64,000 nt of DNA from Ranitomeya imitator (Eukaryota). How positions within the stretch are numbered: the first letter of the stretch is position 1; every line of letters starts with the position of its first letter. Under the pieces are notes generated by a model. That model made no database searches. It saw only the letters and a program-made list of their open reading frames with translations, and had not been told where the DNA came from. Both the position numbers and the translations under genes were made by a program. Below, piece after piece: positions 25,777 through 38,099 of this stretch. The stretch covers positions 629,114,001 to 629,178,000 of the forward strand of contig NC_091283.1 in NCBI RefSeq assembly GCF_032444005.1, in the 5' to 3' direction.

Positions 25777-26402
25777 TCATCACTAGAGCTTTCTTCACCA
25801 CGAGGTAGAGAGGTGGATATTGTAGTTGCTGTCACGGAACCATGGCCATAGGTTCTAGTACGGCGTGGGTTACCCCTGTGCGTCCATCTATACACTGCAT
25901 TTTGCTCAAAATCAGTCCTGTCCCTAAGAAGTTTTTTACGCTTCCTGCTCGTCACCTCTACCTCATATTTGTCCAAGGTCTCTTTAAGTGTGGTCTTGAA
26001 GGTATGCACCTGTGTCCCTTCAAATGTGTTCAATTTGGTTTCCAATTCTTTAATGGAGGTCTTGGTCGCCGTAAACAGGTCTCTGTCATGCTCCAATAAT
26101 AGGTTGATAAGTATATTTGAACAGCGTGTAAGACCCTGTTCCCAAATCTGTTAAAATGATCCTGAGGGTTCCCAAGCTGGAAATATGGAGACCCTCAAAC
26201 CACGAGGTATCAAACCTAATTTCAAATACTCTTCTAGACTCCTCATGTTCCACCAGAGTCTAATCCCTGTCTTATGTGCCCTCATCAATTCTGAGCACAC
26301 ATTGGAAAAACCTGATTCTGACTCAACAGCAACCGATCCAGAAAGATCAAACACATTGGATGGTTTGGCTAGCCAGGCCGCCTCCCTAGCCTCCCAGTCC
26401 AT
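25638..26402 (-). pseudogene. PLE ORF1 with in-frame stop at 26151-53 (left copy)
   Basis: Mirror of 27922-28686. Confidence 0.7.
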
Positions 26403-26455
26403 CACCCTAAACCCGAGTATGCAAAAACCAATATGGAAAAAAAAAAAAAAAAAAT

Positions 26456-26486
<31 letters not shown>

Positions 26487-27161
26487 TACAAAATTACGCA
26501 AAAATATGCGTGTGCTGCTCCCAAAGAACACCCCGGGACACGGGGCAACAACTAGCACAAGAGTAAAGATAGAAAGGGGCGCACCAATATATAATGTCAC
26601 AGTCACCATCAAGGGGTGCAATACTTAGTCTATAAATAGAACAGGACAAACGAAAAGAGAAAGGGTAGACTAAAAATAGTATGCACAACCCAAAATATAG
26701 AGACAATCGGTAGTACTATAAAGCAAAACACCTTTATTAAACACCTCAAAAAACATGTTAAAAACATTTAAAAACAAATGTACAAATCCCTATACCCATC
26801 ATATCCCATAATAAATGACAATCCCATAATACAATAGGAAAACAGTAATATCCTACCCTAGATGCACCTAGTCACATATGCTCTCCTGCAAAAATGTGCC
26901 TATACAGGCCGCAAAGGACTCGACCACAATATGTCAGTATCCACTGCTAATATCCATGCAATACATGGTCCTGAGATTGGAATGTGATAGCATGCTATAT
27001 AACAGCTGTGGATACAACCTGTCCTGCGTCAATTCTGGTATATGGAGATGCAGCAATGTCAAAGGGCACAGAGCACCACAAGGGTTAAATCCACATAGAG
27101 CCAGGGAACATAACAGCCCCAAAATGGCCCTGAGGTAGGAGAAGGATAAGGTGGGAGCGCA

Positions 27162-27199
27162 CCCCACGCGTATCGCTGCCTCCGCAGCTTCGTCAGGGG
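27162..27199 (-). ncRNA. Non-canonical hammerhead-like motif in the central spacer (5' pLTR of left copy)
   Basis: Identical to 21965-22002. Confidence 0.5.
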
Positions 27200-27837
27200 A
27201 AGTGAAACTAAAGGTGCAACAGTGTGTGCTTAAATAATAAATCCAATAAGGTAAATTGCATACCGGTGTGGGAGAGAGAGAGAGAGGTAAAAGCCGGAAG
27301 ACGCCGGCGACGCCATGACGACAGGAACACAATCATAATGAACGGCAATCCTAGAGCGTCCAAAGGGTCACATGCGCACATGGATACTGACATATTGTGG
27401 TCGAGTCCTTTGCGGCCTGTATAGGCACATTTTTGCAGGAGAGCATATGTGACTAGGTGCATCTAGGGTAGGATATTACTGTTTTCCTATTGTATTATGG
27501 GATTGTCATTTATTATGGGATATGATGGGTATAGGGATTTGTACATTTGTTTTTAAATGTTTTTAACATGTTTTTTGAGGTGTTTAATAAAGGTGTTTTG
27601 CTTTATAGTACTACCGATTGTCTCTATATTTTGGGTTGTGCATACTATTTTTAGTCTACCCTTTCTCTTTTCGTTTGTCCTGTTCTATTTATAGACTAAG
27701 TATTGCACCCCTTGATGGTGACTGTGACATTATATATTGGTGCGCCCCTTTCTATCTTTACTCTTGTGCTAGTTGTTGCCCCGTGTCCCGGGGTGTTCTT
27801 TGGGAGCAGCACACGCATATTTTTGCGTAATTTTGTA

Positions 27838-27868
<31 letters not shown>

Positions 27869-27921
27869 ATTTTTTTTTTTTTTTTTTCCATATTGGTTTT
27901 TGCATACTCGGGTTTAGGGTG

Positions 27922-28686
27922 ATGGACTGGGAGGCTAGGGAGGCGGCCTGGCTAGCCAAACCATCCAATGTGTTTGATCTTTCTGGATCGGTTGCTGTTG
28001 AGTCAGAATCAGGTTTTTCCAATGTGTGCTCAGAATTGATGAGGGCACATAAGACAGGGATTAGACTCTGGTGGAACATGAGGAGTCTAGAAGAGTATTT
28101 GAAATTAGGTTTGATACCTCGTGGTTTGAGGGTCTCCATATTTCCAGCTTGGGAACCCTCAGGATCATTTTAACAGATTTGGGAACAGGGTCTTACACGC
28201 TGTTCAAATATACTTATCAACCTATTATTGGAGCATGACAGAGACCTGTTTACGGCGACCAAGACCTCCATTAAAGAATTGGAAACCAAATTGAACACAT
28301 TTGAAGGGACACAGGTGCATACCTTCAAGACCACACTTAAAGAGACCTTGGACAAATATGAGGTAGAGGTGACGAGCAGGAAGCGTAAAAAACTTCTTAG
28401 GGACAGGACTGATTTTGAGCAAAATGCAGTGTATAGATGGACGCACAGGGGTAACCCACGCCGTACTAGAACCTATGGCCATGGTTCCGTGACAGCAACT
28501 ACAATATCCACCTCTCTACCTCGTGGTGAAGAAAGCTCTAGTGATGATTTTTTATCTTCCACCGGAAGCGAGGTAGACCACGGACCAGGCGTGGGAGGAG
28601 ACGGAGGGGGAACAAGAAAACGCATAACGCGCCACAGGGACCACAATCCGACTTACCCCCACAAATACTCAACCAGACGGAAATAA
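27922..28686 (+). pseudogene. PLE ORF1 / N-terminal region with in-frame TAA at 28171-73
   Basis: MDWEAREAAWLA...PAWEPSGSF*QIWEQGLTRCSNILINLLLEHDRDL...STRRK*; track ORFs 27703-28173 and 28228-28686 are in the same frame. Confidence 0.7.
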
Positions 28687-31073
28687 ATCAAGCCTCCTCC
28701 CCCCCTGATACGGAACAGACCTCTGGAGCCTCTACATCCACCCTCCAGGTAATAAATCTTTCTAAATATGAACTTACTGCGGTGGAACTTGCCGTCCTGA
28801 AGAGGGGTTTAACTTTTGCTCCCACACATACGGCCGACAAATTTACTTTAGTTAAGGACCTCTATTTGTTTTGTAGGAACCTCACATTTCAGGTTATCTA
28901 CAAAAAACCGGATATTCTACAATCAATACCTGAGGATGAGCGCCAAGCCTTTCAAGATCTACTAGCCCTACTGGAGGAGAACGAATCAGGGTGTACCAGA
29001 AGAAAGTTCCCTGGCAGAAATAGATCCCTTAAAACGCCTTCCTTTTCCTTGGTACCCGCAATCAAGATATTCTTTGAGCTGGTGAAACGAGACATTCTGG
29101 CAATGCCAACACAGGTGGGTAGATCCTCTAACCTTAATCTTGCCGAAAAACGGGCCTTGCGGGACTTACAAAGCAACAAGGAATTTGTGATTAAAGAGGC
29201 GGATAAGGGGGGCAATGTGGTGCTGTGGTCAATTGAAGCATATTTAGAGGAGGCCAATAGACAGCTCACTAACCCCAGATGCTATCAAAAATTACCTTCA
29301 GATCCCACGGCAGTGTTTGCGTCTAAATTTGACTCTTTACTCTGCAGGACGCTAAGTTTCGGCATTATCTCGCCCCAAGAGAAAAAATATTTATGGGTGG
29401 AACATCCGGTCACGGCAACATTTTATATGTTGCCGAAGATACATAAAGACGAGAAGAAACCACCAGGAAGGCCGATTGTTTCTAGCATTGGGAGTATCTG
29501 CGAGCGGGCAAGTGAGTATTTGGACTTCTTCTTCCAGCCAATAGTCACGGCCTTGCCCTCCTTTATAAGGGATTCTGCCCATTTTATTGAGGTCTGTGGA
29601 CGGATAGAACTGCCGGGAGAATTCTACCTGGTAACTTGTGATGTGGAGTCTTTGTACTCCAACATCAAGCATAGTGATGGCCTGCATGCGGTTACTTTTT
29701 GCCTAGACAAACTGTCACACTCAGATCGGGGGCATGATTCTTTTCTGTTGGATCTGCTGAAATTTGTTCTTCATCACAACTATTTTTTGTTTGACAGAAC
29801 ATTTTATTTACAGACAGCTGGAGTGGCAATGGGGGCGAAATGTGCACCAACCTACGCAAACATCTTCTTAGGTTGGTGGGAGGAGGTGTTTGTGTACCCA
29901 TCCCTGGCATATCAACATCATGTCCGGAATTGGCATCGCTATATCGATGACTTATTCTTTATTTGGTCGGGCAGCAGGGAGGGTTGTACTGATTTCATCC
30001 ACAGCCTCAATTCCAACCCCCATAATATCTTTTTAACCCACTCTATTTCCAACAGTTCGACTAGCTTTCTGGATCTGAGAATTTTCGTACAAGGGAACAA
30101 GCTGGTCACGGACCTTTTCCGGAAGCCCACTGCTACTAACGCTCTTTTGGAGTTCAACAGTTTTCACCCTTGGCACACGAAGGTGGGCGTCCCGACGGGA
30201 CAATTTTTACGCATTAGACGTAATTGCACTCGGGATCAAGACTTTCTGATGCAAGCTCGGGATCTGACGGACCGCTTCAGACAGAGGAGTTATCCCAAAC
30301 GAGTGGTTGCCACGGCTTTCCAGCAAGCAAGACAACATGATCAGGCCTCACTTTTGATTCCTGTGGGTCGTTCCCGAGAATCGCAGACGAGGTTCATCAC
30401 GGACTATAATGACAGCTGGGGGCAGGTAAGACACATCCTCACTAGACATTGGCCGATCTTGCAAACAGATATGCAAACCACACAAGTCATCAGCAATAGG
30501 CCGTTATTGACATCTAGAAGAGCCCCGAATCTGAGGCAGTTGTTGACCAGGAGCCATTTTTCTAGGCCCACGGTCAAACTTAATAGGGGTATTGTCCTCA
30601 AGGGATCATTCCCCTGTGGGGAATGTAATGTCTGCCCCTTTATGACGCCCACCCGGGACATATTTACACACCCCACGAACTCCAGCAGACATGCGTTAAA
30701 GGCTTACATCAACTGCAGGAGCAGAAATGTTATTTATGTGCTAATTTGCCCTTGTAATATGATCTATGTAGGGCAAACATCCCAAGAACTACGTAAGAGG
30801 TTTCAAAAACACGTATCAACCATACGCCTGGCGGCTACGGACCAAGGCAAAGGTAAAATCTTGACTCCTGTGGCGGCGCATTTCTTGCTGAAACATAGGG
30901 GTTCGCCCATTGATTTGCAAGTTGTGGGGTTACAGAGGGTTTCCTGTGGCGAAAGGGGTGGCAATATATCTAACTATCTCTTGCGTGCTGAGTCCAGGTG
31001 GATTTTCGATCTTCAGGCGGTCGCACCCATGGGCCTAAATGAGGAATTGCTCTTCACGGGGTTCCTAGGATAG
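28548..31073 (+). CDS. PLE reverse transcriptase + GIY-YIG endonuclease (right copy)
   Basis: VINLS...KRGLTFAPT N-terminus; RT motifs LPKIHK, GRPIVS, DVESLYSNI, GVAMGAKCAPTYAN and RYIDD; Cys-rich linker CGECNVC; GIY-YIG NVIYVLICPCNMIYVGQT...RFQKH. Uninterrupted. Confidence 0.95.
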   Translation, partial: FFIFHRKRGRPRTRRGRRRRGNKKTHNAPQGPQSDLPPQILNQTEINQASSPPDTEQTSGASTSTLQVINLSKYELTAVELAVLKRGLTFAPTHTADKFTLVKDLYLFCRNLTFQVIYKKPDILQSIPEDERQAFQDLLALLEENESGCTRRKFPGRNRSLKTPSFSLVPAIKIFFELVKRDILAMPTQVGRSSNLNLAEKRALRDLQSNKEFVIKEADKGGNVVLWSIEAYLEEANRQLTNPRCYQKLPSDPTAVFASKFDSLLCRTLSFGIISPQEKKYLWVEHPVTATFYMLPKIHKDEKKPPGRPIVSSIGSICERASEYLDFFFQPIVTALPSFIRDSAHFIEVCGRIELPGEFYLVTCDVESLYSNIKHSDGLHAVTFCLDKLSHSDRGHDSFLLDLLKFVLHHNYFLFDRTFYLQTAGVAMGAKCAPTYANIFLGWWEEVFVYPSLAYQHHVRNWHRYIDDLFFIWSGSREGCTDFIHSLNSNPHNIFLTHSISNSSTSFLDLRIFVQGNKLVTDLFRKPTATNALLEFNSFHPWHTKVGVPTGQFLRIRRNCTRDQDFLMQARDLTDRFRQRSYPKRVVATAFQQARQHDQASLLIPVGRSRESQTRFITDYNDSWGQVRHILTRHWPILQTDMQTTQVISNRPLLTSRRAPNLRQLLTRSHFSRPTVKLNRGIVLKGSFPCGECNVCPFMTPTRDIFTHPTNSSRHALKAYINCRSRNVIYVLICPCNMIYVGQTSQELRKRFQKHVSTIRLAATDQGKGKILTPVAAHFLLKHRGSPIDLQVVGLQRVSCGERGGNISNYLLRAESRWIFDLQAVAPMGLNEELLFTGFLG

Positions 31074-32321
31074 TTGGCGCGTAGATTCATTGGGGTATTT
31101 TTAGTTTCTGGGACGTCTGATTTGGTTCCCTTCAGATTTGGTGCCCATATCTAATTTTGCATTTGTCTCCATTCAGGAAGGCTGAGGACGCACCCAAAAG
31201 GGTGATGATCATCCCTGGAAATTGGGATATGGATATTACAAGCTTACTGTGGGGACCAACATGGATGCAGAGGTCTTTGACACATTAGATAATGAAGTGG
31301 ACCCTGGAGGGTGGATGTGCGGCATGCCATTATGGCAAATGGAAGGACATCTTATGCAGAAGAGATTTTGCTCTCACAGCTACAATGCGGATTTTATGGC
31401 AAACTCCTATTATGGACTATGGGCTCGGATGCGCATTTGAGATTGGCAAGTCGGAAGGGGCTTGTGATGAAGAGTGCTTTCTCTCGTATAGATCTGGATG
31501 GTGTCGGCCTCATCGACTATGGGACTATAAGCTGGGGACCGGAAACGTCTACATAGCGGCATTGAGAGAATACTCGTACATATACTTACGGACTCAAGGG
31601 ACATCAGTCTGTTTATATTTATATATGTGTGTGTTTTTTGCCTGATATTGTTACATACTGTATATGGTTGCTGTATAGGTGTTTACGTGCACTTATACCT
31701 GTGCACTTGCCAACAATAATAATATTCCTTTCTCCCTTTCAGGTTTTCTGGGTGGCTTTATATGCCCTGTCTTTTTGTGTCCTTTGGCGGTTTTGCCTTT
31801 AATCACTAGTATATGTCTATGATTGTGATATCTCCCGGCATTCTGCGGGTGGATATCTTGTGCCTCTGTGTCTTGCTGCAACATGCACACTCTGCCCTCT
31901 TTTTACCTGTTGTGTTTTTTTTTTTTTTTCCCCTCCCTTCCCCCCTCTCTGGCTTTTTGGTCCTTATCCCACCCCCTCTGCTCTGTGTCCCATGATGTGT
32001 CCATCTAGCCGGCCTCGCTAGCTTAGTCCGGTCCTCGGGCTTTATTCCATTTCTCTTTGCCCTGTGTCCTATGACGTGTCCATCTAGCCGGCTGGCACGG
32101 CGCGTGCGCAACGTGGTCCTATGGAATACCGCGGTTTGCGCGTGCGCATGTGACCCTTTGGACGCTCTAGGATTGCCGTTCATTATGATTGTGTTCCTGT
32201 CGTCATGGCGTCGCCGGCGTCTTCCGGCTTTTACCTCTCTCTCTCTCTCCCACACCGGTATGCAATTTACCTTATTGGATTTATTATTTAAGCACACACT
32301 GTTGCACCTTTAGTTTCACTT

Positions 32322-32359
32322 CCCCTGACGAAGCTGCGGAGGCAGCGATACGCGTGGGG
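32322..32359 (+). ncRNA. Non-canonical hammerhead-like motif in the 3' pLTR
   Basis: CCC-CUGACGA-A-GCUGC(GGAG)GCAGC-GAUA-CGCG-UG-GGG: hammerhead geometry, but GAUA replaces GAAA and G sits at the cleavage position. Confidence 0.55.
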
Positions 32360-32977
32360 TGCGCTCCCACCTTATCCTTCTCCTACCTCAGGGCCATTTT
32401 GGGGCTGTTATGTTCCCTGGCTCTATGTGGATTTAACCCTTGTGGTGCTCTGTGCCCTTTGACATTGCTGCATCTCCATATACCAGAATTGACGCAGGAC
32501 AGGTTGTATCCACAGCTGTTATATAGCATGCTATCACATTCCAATCTCAGGACCATGTATTGCATGGATGTTTCATTTTTTGGTTATTAGCAGTGGATAC
32601 TGACATATTGTGGTCGAGTCCTTTGCGGCCTGTATAGGCACATTTTTGCAGGAGAGCATATGTGACTAGGTGCATCTAGGGTAGGATATTACTGTTTTCC
32701 TATTGTATTATGGGATTGTCATTTATTATGGGATATGATGGGTATAGGGATTTGTACATTTGTTTTTAAATGTTTTTAACATGTTTTTTGAGGTGTTTAA
32801 TAAAGGTGTTTTGCTTTATAGTACTACCGATTGTCTCTATATTTTGGGTTGTGCATACTATTTTTAGTCTACCCTTTCTCTTTTCGTTTGTCCTGTTCTA
32901 TTTATAGACTAAGTATTGCACCCCTTGATGGTGACTGTGACATTATATATTGGTGCGCCCCTTTCTATCTTTACTCT

Positions 32978-35353
32978 GATAATAGAGGAATGAACACATA
33001 TTTCATATAAACAGTTGTATATTATATTCCCTGAGCCTGATAGGTGGGGAATGAACATGAAATATATGTAGAGAATAGGAGAATGAACACATATCCCATA
33101 AAAACAGGTGTATATTATATTCCTTGAGCTTTATATGTGGGGAATGAAGATGAAATATATGTAGAGAATAGAAGAATGAACACATATCCCATATAAACAG
33201 GTGTATATTATATTCCCTGAGCTTTATATGTGGGGAATGAAGATGAAATATATGTAGAGAATAGGAGAATGAACACATATCCCATATAAACAGGTGTATA
33301 ATATATTCCCTGAGCCTGATAGGTGGGGAATGAACATGAAATATATGTAAATAATAGGAGAATGAACACATATCCCATATAAACAGGTGTATATTATATT
33401 CCCTGAGCCTGATAGGTGGGGAATGAACATGAAATATATGTAAATAATAGGAGAATGAACACATATCCCATATGAACAGGTGTATATTATATTCCCTGAG
33501 CCTGATAGGTGGGGAATGAACATGAAATATATGTAAATAATAGGAGAATGAACACATATCCCATATGAACAGGTGTATATTATATTCCCTGAGCCTGATA
33601 GGTGGGGAATGAAGATGAAATATATGTAGGTAATAGGAGAATGAACACATATCCCATATAAACAGGTGTATATTATATTCCCTGAGCCTGATAGGTGGGG
33701 AATGAACATGAAATATATGTAAATAATAGGAGAATGAACACATATCCCATATGAACAGGTGTATATTATATTCCCTGAGCCTGATAGGTGGGGAATGAAG
33801 ATGAAATATATGTAGGTAATAGGAGAATGAACACATATCCCATATAAACAGGTGTATATTATATTCCCTGAGCCTGATAGGTGGGGAATGAACATAGAAT
33901 ATATGTAGAGAATAGAGGAATGAACACATAACCCATATACACAGGTGTATATTATATTCCCTGAGCCTGATAGGTGGGGAATAAACATGAAATATGTGTA
34001 GAGAATAGAGGAATGAACACATATCCCATATAAACAGGTGTATATTATATTCCCTGATCTTGATAGGTGGGGAATAAACATGAAATATATGTAGAGAATA
34101 GGAGAATGAACACATATCCCATATAAACAGGTGTATATTATATTCCCTGAGCCTGATAGGTGGGGAATGAAGATGAAATATATGTAGATAATAGGAGAAT
34201 GAACACATATCCCATATAAACAGGTGTATATTATATTCCCTGAGCTTTATAGGTGGGGAATGAACATGAAATATATGTAGAGAATAGAGGAATGAACACA
34301 TATCCCATATGAACAGGTGTATATTATATTCCCTGAGCCTGATAGGTGGGGAATGAACATGAAATATATGTAGATAATAGAGGAATGAACACATATCCCA
34401 TATAAACAGGTGTATATTATATTCCCTGAGCTTTATAGGTGGGGAATGAACATGAAATATATGTAGAGAATAGAGGAATGAACACATATCCCATATGAAC
34501 AGGTGTAGATTATATTCCCTGAGCCTGATAGGTGGGGAATGAACATGAAATATATGTAGATAATAGAGGAATGAACACATATTTCATATAAACAGTTGTA
34601 TATTATATTCCCTGAGCCTGATAGGTGGGGAATGAACATGAAATATATGTAGAGAATAGAGGAATGAACACATATCCCATATAAACAGGTGTATATTATA
34701 TTCCCTGATCTTGATAGGTGGGGAATAAACATGAAATATATGTAGAGAATAGGAGAATGAACACATATCCCATATAAACAGGTGTATATTATATTCCCTG
34801 AGCCTGATAGGTGGGGAATGAAGATGAAATATATGTAGATAATAGGAGAATGAACACATATCCCATATAAACAGGTGTATATTATATTCCCTGAGCTTTA
34901 TAGGTGGGGAATGAACATGAAATATATGTAGAGAATAGAGGAATGAACACATATCCCATATGAACAGGTGTATATTATATTCCCTGAGCCTGATAGGTGG
35001 GGAATGAACATGAAATATATGTAGATAATAGAGGAATGAACACATATCCCATATAAACAGGTGTATATTATATTCCCTGAGCTTTATAGGTGGGGAATGA
35101 ACATGAAATATATGTAGAGAATAGAGGAATGAACACATATCCCATATGAACAGGTGTAGATTATATTCCCTGAGCCTGATAGGTGGGGAATGAACATGAA
35201 ATATATGTAGATAATAGAGGAATGAACACATATTTCATATAAACAGTTGTATATTATATTCCCTGAGCCTGATAGGTGGGGAATGAACATGAAATATATG
35301 TAGAGAATAGGAGAATGAACACATATCCCATAAAAACAGGTGTATATTATATT
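32978..35353 (-). repeat. 93-bp satellite B, continuation right of the young PLE
   Basis: Same unit and orientation as 20985-21430. Confidence 0.96.
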
Positions 35354-36570
35354 CGAAAATAAAAATCATAGAGTTCATTCATAGAGTTATGCACATGAAG
35401 TTATACTAAGGTAACAAATCTCCAGTTAGTGATTCATGGGTTACCTTATATAGCAGCGATTAGGGAGTAATCCAGTGTTCGATCTCTAGATAGTCCCGGA
35501 GAAGGGAGGGGGTTTCGCAGAAACGTTAGTGGTTGGAGTTCAGGAAGTCTTCTGGAGCGCTGTCCCGGCCGATGACAGATGCCCTCTTGCTTCTCTGGTA
35601 GGCCCTTGCGCAAGCATGGAGCACTCGTGGTAGAAGCCAGCAGTGCGCGGTGAGCGTGCAGGACCTAGCGTGATGTCAGAAATCACGTGACCAGGCACGT
35701 GACAATGTACAGAGCTCTATGTGGACTAATTCCTAAGTGTTTTGGAAAGCTCGGATTCCTTCGTCAGGGATGGTCCATTGATTGACGGAGCTGTCTTTTA
35801 TCTTCAGAGTGTGTCATGTGACATAGAATTTAGTCAGTGAAGGATAAGAGTTCTACTTCACTTTTGAGACCTCTAGGTATTAGAGTGTCTAATTCAAATA
35901 TCCATCTATTCTCTGCAAGGGACATTTGTTTAACCCCTTTCTACCATCAGATGCACTATGCCATTTGTGTGACCTGGGACCTAATTCCCATGCACGGGAT
36001 AGTACGTCACCACCAATCAGCTGTGCTCACGGAGGAAGCGCGGCCGGGTGTCAGCTGATTATCACAGCAGACATCCGGCACTATGTGCCAGGAGCGGTTA
36101 CGGACCGTTCCCGGCACTCTAACCCCAGAAACACTGCGATCCAACAAGATCGCAGCATTGCGGTGGCATAGGGAAGCATCGCGCAGGGAGGGGGCTCCCA
36201 ATGTGTTTCCTTGGGACTCTCGGAACAACACAATGTGATTGCGTTGTTCCGAGGGTCTCCTCCCTGCGGGCCCCGGAACCAAGATGGCAGCGGGGTCTTT
36301 TTGGGTCCTGTATTTTAATATTCCTTAAAATATGGCAATTTGCATTGTATTGGAAAATGATAGCGATATCTTCCCTAATGTTAGGGTCTCTCATTTTTTT
36401 TTTTATTTTGGAGTAAATTTATCCTCGGTATGTTTTCCACTAGTTCTTTTGTTTGCATCAATTGACGTTTGTCGTACCCTTTGTTGACAAATTTCTGTGT
36501 CAGAAAATCAGCCTCCTTATTAAAGTCGTGGGTCTTAGAACAATTCCTATGTGCCCGTATATATTGACTC
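35354..36570 (-). mobile_element. Old PLE remnant, left arm (3' pLTR plus RT fragment)
   Basis: 35354-35930 mirrors 37540-38099; RT C-terminal remnant INFLDLNIF...TYHKPTD in ORF 36381-36752 (that part extends into the spacer). Confidence 0.8.
35934..36310 (+). mobile_element. Truncated left end of the piggyBac-type element family seen at 55470
   Basis: TTAA|CCCCTT start; clearly similar to 55470-55850; replaces part of the left arm. Confidence 0.7.
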
Positions 36571-36879
36571 TTTGGGATGTTAATAAGACAGCTGGGGAGA
36601 TGGCAACTGTCCATTGAGGTGTAATTGTTACAATCAGTTGGTTTATGGTATGTTTGGGTCTGAATAGTTCCTTCCTCTACAAAAATGTTCAGATCCAGAA
36701 AATTAATTGATTCTGTACTCATGGTTGCCGAAAAGTTTTTTAAAAATATCATTTTTATTTATTTAAGCAATAAAATCAGTTAAAAGTTTAGGTCCACCTG
36801 ACCAGATGAAAATTATATTGTTAATAAAACGATTCCAGAGGACCAGGTTCGCCGGTAGTTCACACCCAAATAGTCAATA

Positions 36880-38099
36880 CATACAGGCACATAGGAATTG
36901 TTCTAAGAGCAACGACTTTAATAAGGAGGCTGATTTTCTGACACAGAAATTTATCAACAAAGGGTAAGACAAACGTCAATTGATGCAAACAAAAGAACTA
37001 GTGGAAAACATACCGAGGATAAATTTACTCCAAAATAAAAAAAAATGAGAGACCCTAACATTAGGGTAGATATCCCTATCATTTTCCAATACAATGCAAA
37101 TTGCCATATTTTAAGAAATATAGTGGAAAAACATTGGAGTGTCCTAAAAGAAGACAAAATCATGGGAGATCGTTTTTCAGCTCATCCCAAATGTATTTAC
37201 AAGAAAGCTATCACCAATCCCTCAATAAGTCTTCTTTCACGCTTCTTACAAGTCCGTAGAGGATTTTACCCCTGCCACAAGTGTAAAACATACAAAACAT
37301 TGCAAACAGGAAAACAATTTAATATTTCAAACGGAACCACAGAATTCACCATTAGGGATTGCATTGCATGCAATACTTCAGTAGTTATTTATTCATTAAA
37401 ATGCCCTTGCGGTAAACATTATGTGGGACATACCAAGCGCCCACTTAATGTTAGAATCAGTGAGCACTTGCGCACTGGTCTCCATATTGTTAAAAGGGAC
37501 TGGAAAAAAGGAAAATACATTAAACAAATGTCCCTTGCAGAGAATAGATGGATATTTGAACTAGACACTCTAATACCTAGAGGTCTCAAAAGTGAAGTAG
37601 AACTCTTAGCCTTCACTGACTAAATTCTATGTCACATGACACACTCTGAAAATAAAAGACAGCTCCGTCAATCAATGAACCATCCCTGACGAAGGAATCC
37701 GAGCTTTCCAAAACACTTAGGAATTAGCCCACATAGAGCTCTGTACATTGTCACGTGCCTGGTCACGTGATTTCTGACATCACGCTAGGTCCTGCACGCT
37801 CACCGCGCGCTGCCGGCTTCTAACACGAGTGCTCCATGCTTGCGCAAGGGCCTACCAGAGAAGCAAGAGGGCATCTGTCACCGGCCGGGATAGCGCTCCA
37901 GAAGACTTCCTGAACTCCAACCACTAACGTTTCTCCGGAACCCTCTCCCTCCTCCAGGACTATCTAGAGATCGAACACTGGATTATTCTCTCATCTCTGC
38001 TATATGAGGTAACCCATGAATCACTAACTGGAGCTTTGTTACCTTAGTATAACTTCATGTGCATAACTCTATGAATGAACTCTATGATTTTTATTTTCG
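36880..38099 (+). mobile_element. Old PLE remnant, right arm with decayed GIY-YIG domain and 3' pLTR
   Basis: ORF 37045-37623 contains CHKCKT and VIYSLKCPCGKHYVGHTKRPLNVRISEH; decayed hammerhead CUGACGA-AGGAA..UUCC-AAAA at 37683-37722, mirrored at 35731-35770. Confidence 0.82.

Larger units (their letters stand above)
21431..32977. mobile_element. Young Penelope-like retroelement (Neptune-like) as a head-to-head inverted dimer of two full-length copies
   Basis: Arms 21431-26943 and 27381-32893 are reverse complements (paired ORF coordinates all sum to 54324). 437-bp spacer. 15-bp TSD GATAATAGAGGAATG at 21416-30 and 32978-92. Unit length is 5213 bp with pseudo-LTR direct repeats (27381-27764 = 32594-32977). 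Confidence 0.95.

Noticed and set aside
31181-31218. CTGAGGA-CGCACCC-AAAA-GGGTG-ATGATCAT-C hammerhead-like motif (and a weaker one near 31524-31555)
   Set aside because: The GAA of the core is missing, or stem II cannot form; at most a relic.
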